A stretch of 64,000 bases of DNA, taken from assembly GCA_040285855.1 (NCBI GenBank), contig JAUFOQ010000013.1, positions 248,001-312,000 on the forward strand, read 5' to 3'. Both the position numbers and the translations under genes were made by a program. Source of the DNA: Eukaryota sp. GEM-RC1. Its lineage: Eukaryota. How positions within the stretch are numbered: position 1 is the first letter of the stretch; each line of letters begins with the position of its first letter. This document shows, in pieces, positions 56,902-64,000 of the stretch. Under the pieces are notes generated by a model. The model worked only from the letters and a program-made list of their open reading frames with translations. It did no database searches and was not told where the DNA came from.

Positions 56902-59900
56902 ATGAGTAATACGTCTAACTCCACCACAGGCTTAGGTTTGGATGATGTTACTAAGCGAAAGACCTGGATCAAACCCATTCTTTCAGGCGTTTCTGCTCTG
57001 CATCTTGTCTCGAAAACGCACTTCAATTTCTGGTCGTCTTTGCTGCTGCTTGTCCAAGCGATCCAAGTATTGGGATTTACTCTTCGGGAGACCAGTTTCC
57101 ACCAAATTTTGGATCTCCAATCTGTTCTGAAGCTCCTAAGTCTTCCCATTTACAGTTCGTGGATCAATTCATCACGTTCATCCTTATTACTTTCCTTGTT
57201 CGCTTTCTTTTCCTATTAACTGGTGCTTTTGTTGTTTTTGCTATAAGAAGCTCATGTAATTCCCCCTGTTAACACTGCTTTCACTGCCTCACTCCGTTTA
57301 TTTCTTGAAGTTGTCATCACTATTCTCTACATTCCCTTCATGTCTTTCTTCCTCTCCTTCATTCCATGTGGACGGTCTTTTGATCCCACTGGTATCACCT
57401 TCGAAGAAGGCGTCTCTGCCAACTGTCTCTCCTCTATTTCTCTCTTCTACCGATCAGTTGGACTACTGGGCTCTGTAATCCTGTTCTGTCTTGCTCTTGC
57501 TTGGATCGTTTTCTATGATGACTCACCGCTTTCTAAGAGAAGTTTTGCTCGATCTCATAACCGGTTCTACTTTTGGTATTTGATATCTATCACCTATCTT
57601 TTAATTATCTTCTTCATTTTTCATTCTAGATTCTGGCTCTTTAGAGTTTCCTATTTGTTGGTCCCCCTCTTTCTCTCTTACAAACTCTACTTTTACTTAC
57701 CTTTCTACAAAAGAGCGGCAAACTCTCTACAAATGTCTTTGTTGGGTATTTGGATTGGCACTGCTATCGGATTTATTATCAACTCTTTGATTATAAATCC
57801 ATCTAATGAAAAAACTATTTAATTTGTTGTTGTATTTTCCTTTATTCATTGTTTTTGGCGGGGTATGGTATTTAATAATGAAGCGACGATTTTCCATTGT
57901 TCTATATACAGTGTGCTCAATTAATGAAGAATTAATTGAAAAAGGTTTAATTGTTGATGGAGTCCCAGGTGATGAACTTGAAGGTTATGATTTCTCTCCA
58001 CATTTTTCAAAAATTCCACTGAATTTTTACTATTTTGACCTACTATCACGTGCTCTCCAACCTAAACCTTTGAAAAGTGAGCTTCTTCTAACAGTTAAAT
58101 CACTTTATTCCTTTGGAGAACGATTGTTTCTTGAAGATGTCATGTTTCTATGTTTAAAGTTTCTGTTTGAAATTAACCTATTAGGAGACCCAATTGCTGC
58201 TACAGTTACTCTTAGTACTATTAAAACACTTGACGCTGACTTCAAACCTGACGAATCTCTGATGGTTTCCCGAGGAATTCAACAGCTTGAAGCCCTCAGA
58301 AGACAACAATCAACTGGCCATAACGTCGACACTTCATCTTTCCTCCATTTTCAACGTCAACAACGTCACTTGGCTGACCTTCATCGTGATTGTCTTGATG
58401 GATTATACGCTTTTTGGACTGTACTTTCCAAGCCTAAAGTTGACCTCTCTGTATTACCTTCCATTCTTGAAAAAGTTCAAAAAAGTAAAAAAACAATTGT
58501 TTTAAACTTGTCTAAGCTACTTCATCAACATGGAGATCAACAATCTCTACTGGTTTCTTATGCTTCTTTTGTTAGAGAAGTTGAATGTGATGAAGAACGT
58601 GCTGCTGTACTAGAAGAACAAGCTCAGTTGCTTTGTTCTAGTGACAAGAGTTCAAGCCAGGGAGCAAGTTCTTATTCAGGTTCTATCACTTTTCCAAACC
58701 CGGAAAGAAAGAAAAAAGAAAATGTTTGAGGTTTAATCTGGACGCAATGACTTCAGCAACTACGCAAGACTGTCAAAAAGTGCCATCGCGGTCCTCAGAT
58801 TTTCAGTTATTGTTGCTTTAATAATTATGATAGTCATCGCAACCGCTTCTTATTTTCTTTCTGCTAATGTTTTGTCTTCAGCTTCACATAGAATTGATCA
58901 ATTGTATGAACTTACTCATGTCCATTCAGTTTCTGAGTTGCTTGGATTAACTGCTGGCCGTGTTTTTATAAATTTAAATGAACATAACACTCACAATTTT
59001 GCCAATATTTTAATGAAGGAATCTGAACATTTAGCTTTTCATTTGAGAAGACTAACTTTATTAGATCCTTTTGATGACGATTACACTGAACTTCCTTGTC
59101 CTAGATCCAATGGTAGATCACTTGAACCTCCTTCTAGAGGATTTCGAACAGAAATGAGAAGTTTACGATTTCCATTAATTTTTGTTTATAACTTTATTCC
59201 TTCTGTTGAAGAAGCTAGAGTTCTTTCTGCTTGGACAATTGGACTTGCACAAGCTTTGGATAGCAGCAGTGCTGGTAAAGTACTTGCTTCGGGAAATAAT
59301 TTAAATTTTCAAAATTTAGCTGGTATTAGAGGAAGTTTAAACGGTTTTTCTAGTGCAATTACCTATATCTATGATTGGTTAGTATCTGGATCTGATGAAT
59401 TTTTCAAGTTATCGTTCTTCGTTCAAATTTTGATGAATGTTTTAATTTTCATTGTTACTTTAACTATAGGTTATATTTTGTTCGCCAGATCCTTTGCCAA
59501 AATTATTGATGAAAGAACTGCTATTTTGAATCTTTTTCTTTATATTCCCCAAAAAGAAATTCAAAACTTATTACATGACACGAAATTTGATTATATGAGA
59601 AAAACGAAGAAAAATAATTCCAAATCAACACTTTATATGACTACAAACTCTGATACCGACTCTGATACTGAAATGATTTCGAAACCTGACTCTTTTGAAT
59701 TAAAAAATGATGTGTTGTTTGATTTACAAGAATCAACTCCTTCTGAGATTAAAACTGAAACACATGCTCCACTTCCAATTTTTATCAATATTTTAGTAAT
59801 TTCTTTAACTATTTTCGGTTTAATGATCGGAGGGGTTTCACTTTTCTACCTATATGGTGTAATTGCGGCTAACATGGAAGTTAATTCTCATTTCCATTTA

Positions 59901-62150
59901 GCACTTGATGCGCGAAACACCGCTGCTGACGTTTCTCTGCTTGACCGTGACACGTATGCAGCCATCCAGTTCTTTACCGCTTTTGGTGATGATCAATTTT
60001 TGTTGAATTATTTTGATTTAATTTATTCTGGGAGTCGTCAACGGGCTCTAGCAGATCTACTTTCCCTTGATCTAACTGAAGATCAGTTGTTGGCTATTTC
60101 TCAAGTTGGAACTTATGCTAATCTATTCAGAAGATTAGAATTTATCTCGGGAACTTTAATATGTTCTATATTTGAAGTTGATGATTCTCTTTGCTCGAGA
60201 TTCAATGATTTTACTTATAACTCTCAATTAGAAACTAACTATTTCCGAGACAAATTAGCTTATGACGATGTTGTCTGGTATTCTACTTTAGAGCAAGACC
60301 TTGAGAAATCAGTAAATCATCGTTTGAACATAGCTAGGAACTCCTTGTATAACTCTCGTTGGACTAATAACGCTGTGTATCTAATGGAGACTCTCGAAGG
60401 AACTACCACTACTATTGTTAGTTCTCTAATGGATCTCATCAGTGACATGTTTACGGAAGTCTCGTCTCATTTTAATGTTATTTGGATAACAACATTAGCA
60501 ACATCTGTCACCATCTTCATACTATGTACAATTTCCTTTCTAAATCGTAAAAGTTTAAGATTTTCCCGGTTTATGTTGTACATTTATGTTTCTTTGTTTG
60601 CAATCATTATTTTTTCAGTGTTGTACTTCTCGATCTCAGCCCAATCTGTCTTTACTGACGACATTTCACCATTAGTTTTTGAATCTCGAAGGTTATTTGG
60701 GCGAGTGGTTGATATTGAGTGGCATTTCAATAGTATAAGAAGAAGAACAGAATTGTTAGTTTTTTCTGGTAAATTTGAACATTTTTCCATGGGAGAACGG
60801 CTGTATAACAATTTGATTGGGTTAATTGCATCATTCAGCTCTGGTGAGTTGACCTCTCATCCGGCATTGAACGAGGTAGTTGATTCAATCAGTCTACACT
60901 TAGATTTGATTGATGATAAGTTAAAGGATTACATTTGGCGTATTTTAGTTGCTTCAAAATTAGCCACCTACCAACTACCTCAGTATCAGTCATCAAATTT
61001 GGTTAATATTACTTGGGATATTGACCAGTTACCATTAAGTGAAAGATACACTTGGAAATTGCCTCATGGTTATAGTCTCAGTACTTCAGAAACAGATTTG
61101 GTAAAAGGTGACGAGTATTTAAAAAATGCTTCGAGAGCCATTCTGACATCGAACTATTTCAATTCTTTGACTAGAGATTTAGTAGAATCATTTGCAGATA
61201 TTCGTCGCACCACTACCTCTACTTTGAAGGATACTGTTGATGAGTTCAATAATCAATATTCTTTTGAATTAGAATTATCTGCATATCTACTCATTGCTTT
61301 ACTTATTTCTGTAGTAATATTCTGTTGCCTTGTTGTATTATATGGACTCAAGAAAACTAAAAAGGCAGCTCATGTTGAACAAAAGGTTTCTTTCCCTGCA
61401 ATGGTCGTCTACACGAAACAGTACATCGTAACACTTTCAGTTTTATTCATTCTTCTCTCAATGTTTTATATTGGTTCACTTATTGGTTTTACTCAACTTA
61501 GACCTTTACCTAGATTAATTCAAGATTATGGTCAGAGATCTGCTTTAATTACAAGAACTACAAATGATATTGTTTCGGCATTTGTTGAACCTGAACAACA
61601 GGTGTATTATTTAAATAATGCACAAATTTCTTATACCAATCTTTTACAGCTCCACCATTCTTTAGTAGTTAATCACGTTGATGGGGATTCTGAGCAGACA
61701 AATTTACTTTTTAATAGCAAGCTTGATGATAATTCTAGATCTTTCAACAATTTAGAAGATAATCATGGGCTTCATAATCTGTTAATTACATTTGTTAATT
61801 CTGCTGAATTGTTTTCGATTCAAGATATTTCTCTAAATTATTCAATTTCTAGTCCAGATTTAGCAAGTCTTTTAGTTGATTATGATACTCTTTCTGAAAT
61901 GTCTTTGGAATCTATTGATAACCTTCACAGTTATTCAATTAGTAGAGTTTCTTTCTTTTCAACTTATGTTTTGATTATCTTTATTGCCTTTATTGTAGTT
62001 ATTTCTATTTCATACATTTTTGTTTTTCGGAAAATGTTAAAAGATTTACAAGAAGAAGAATTAATGACTTTAGAGTTTTTAGACATGATTCCTGAAGATG
62101 CTCTGTCCAAAGTGGAGGTAATTAGACACTTCTTTGCTACAAAAATCTAG
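56902..62150 (+). CDS. Large polytopic membrane protein, TmcB/TmcC-like (several frameshifts)
   Basis: Consecutive ORFs 56902, 57340, 57806 and 58827 form a multi-TM N-terminus (ARSHNRF, YLPFYK), a helical FW..L..YASF domain, then paired TM segments ending FLDMIP. Confidence 0.7.
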
Positions 62151-62760
62151 GAGTTTTTGGTTATTGCTGTTGAAATAATAAATTATTTGTATAATCAATC
62201 TGTCAGAAATAAAGGTGTTCTTGATAATTGAATTATTCCAGGCTTATATGATTGTTTTTGTAATGTTTATCATTTTACCTCCATTATTTATCTGCTAGTA
62301 TTCTACTTTATAGTACGATTCCTATTTTGCCCTTTCTTTGAATGTAAGTATTTTTGTCATCTCTTAAGAGGTAGCTTCATTCATTTTACGTGGAAGAACA
62401 GACCTCATTACTCGTTGGGTGTTTTAAATGGAAACGGTTTCAAAATAAACCATCTGGAACCAACATATGTCCTTAGAGAATTTAACTGAATACATTATAC
62501 AAAGTGGCGTTTAGTGCTTCAAGTTTTAGTTATATTTCTTTTTTTGAATTATACCACCTAAAGAAGGATTGTTTTTGTGTTGTGTTGTGGTTTGGTGCCA
62601 AAACTGCCATGCGTCCGGCCAGTTTCCATGTACCCGTGATTTTGATTCTGAGTTACAGTATCACTGATACAGCATCCCACAGTGGAACTAATGTTGAAAT
62701 CTGGAGATGAACTGTTGAGTGAGGAGGAATAAGATCGAAGAACCGAACTTATAATAGGAT

Positions 62761-64000
62761 TAGTGTTGCAATTTGAGTTGGGTCGAGTCGACCCTTGAGT
62801 CTCACGGATGTCCAAGAATCTAAGTCTGATTGATTTGCTACAACTACTAGTAGTTGTAAAATTACTACACACAGTCAAAACAATTGTTCACTTCAACAAT
62901 CTTCTTTTAATGACCTTTTCAGAAATTGTAACTGATATATATTAGCCAACGTCTTTTTGTGAAATTGTGGTATTACTTGATTTTTCTCGATCTAGAATAC
63001 AATTAAACTTGTATTCAGGGATGCCAAATATTGTAGTGCAATATATTAAAATTAATACTATTGCAATACATATTGTTTCTGTTCCAGTAGTACATGTCCA
63101 ATATATTTATTGCAAAGCTGAAGTTACTGAAGTTATTGCAATATATTGGAATATAGGAACTCGCGTAATTTTCAGAACAAGTTGATCCTTGTGTTCTTTA
63201 ACTCTGTTAAGCAGTTCAAGTATATGAATGTACCATCATAATGCAGATCCTAATTGGCATGATCCTAAATCTTCATGACTGCATCTCAAACCCCCAAGGC
63301 AACTACATTCGCAGAACATCTTGTGAAATGGAACCTCATCTTCATAGAGAAGGAATGTAAAGTTACATTTCCCTGCATTTATGGAAATTGTTTTCTTTTG
63401 TCTTTGCAATAACCTCAAACAACATTGATGTCACTTGGTGAAGTAAAAGATGGTTATACAACTGGAAAACAAGAGCTTCATAACCATTATACAGCCTTTG
63501 TCTAACATGGAGACCAAAACACCATCAAATCCATCATTTGCCATCATCCGACCTGTTTCACAATTGACTAGTGACTCGCAGTTTGAACAAGTGATCTGTT
63601 TTTGTATTGTAGTCTATGTTTGTAGATTAATCTCTCTTCATATAAAGACTGACGTTGTACTAAGATCTGTTTTGCCAAGCAATAATTCTTGCTGCCCATT
63701 TATAACATATAATCACACTCAATCTACTTCCAAGAACAAACAATGCTAGCTGCAAAACGTCAATTGATTATCTCTGTAGAGTGTTGCAAAGATTGAAATA
63801 AATTGCAATATATCTATTACAATATTACCAAACCACAATATATTTATTGCAATCTTGAAAACGTATAATATTTATTGCAATATATTTTTCGGCATCCCTG
63901 CTTCTATTTCTCATAGTTGATTCATGATTCTAGTCAACTCGAGTGTGAAATTGCTCACTCGACTCGACTCTTGAGTGCCGCAAGTTGAGTCAGACTGACC
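62761..64000. mobile_element. Probable outer hAT-like element running off the window end
   Basis: Starts TAGTGTTGCA, the same 10 nt as the 29749 TIR. GAGTC/GACTC repeats at 62775-62805 recur at 63930-64000. Right TIR not in window. Confidence 0.5.
63016..63900 (-). mobile_element. Degenerate hAT element (885 bp)
   Basis: TIR CAGGGATGCC; TSD CTTGTATT / CTTCTATT (7/8); TATTGCAA subterminal repeats; minus-strand HFTRCSANVVALGV resembles the hAT RC-x-x-H motif region. Confidence 0.8.

Noticed and set aside
10281..62150. Genome-wide programmed frameshifting suggested by many split genes (FHA, kinase, apyrase, EPDR-like, H2B copy 2, IWS1, Tmc-like)
   Set aside because: The indels go in both directions, fall mostly in homopolymers, share no motif, and H2B copy 1 is intact; long-read consensus error is the simpler explanation.
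1..64000. tRNA, rRNA, snRNA (including U7) or SLBP genes
   Set aside because: None recognised by eye; absence is not established without covariance-model and HMM searches.

Overview
AT-rich, gene-dense and almost intron-free eukaryotic DNA from a flagellated protist (ZMYND10, CFAP161). The H3/H4 tails and tiny GTATG introns suggest a metamonad-like lineage, but this is inference. The window holds two near-identical H2A<-/H2B->H3->H4-> histone quartets about 25.6 kb apart plus an orphan H4. Other genes: a RING-kinase-coiled-coil-LRR gene with a 12 x 84-bp repeat array, two tandem divergent TBP-like genes, and housekeeping genes (PHF5A, TRAPPC1, Pin1, IWS1, apyrase, NAD synthetase with two 31-nt introns, SET, BRCT, FHA, saposin, HAT-repeat, TmcB/C-like). 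There are many non-autonomous hAT and Tc1/mariner-pogo elements and several pseudogene or retroelement relics. The strongest unexplained signal: all nine histone genes carry a 16-nt hairpin 13-21 nt after the stop codon, eight of them matching GGTGTT-TWTC-AACACY. It has the geometry of the metazoan histone stem-loop but a different stem, and the genes also share upstream motifs (CACGAGAA, CACRACAAT), pointing to a lineage-specific histone regulon. Many genes have single-base frameshifts at homopolymers, most likely long-read consensus errors. All family calls come from motif recognition by eye, not from database searches.
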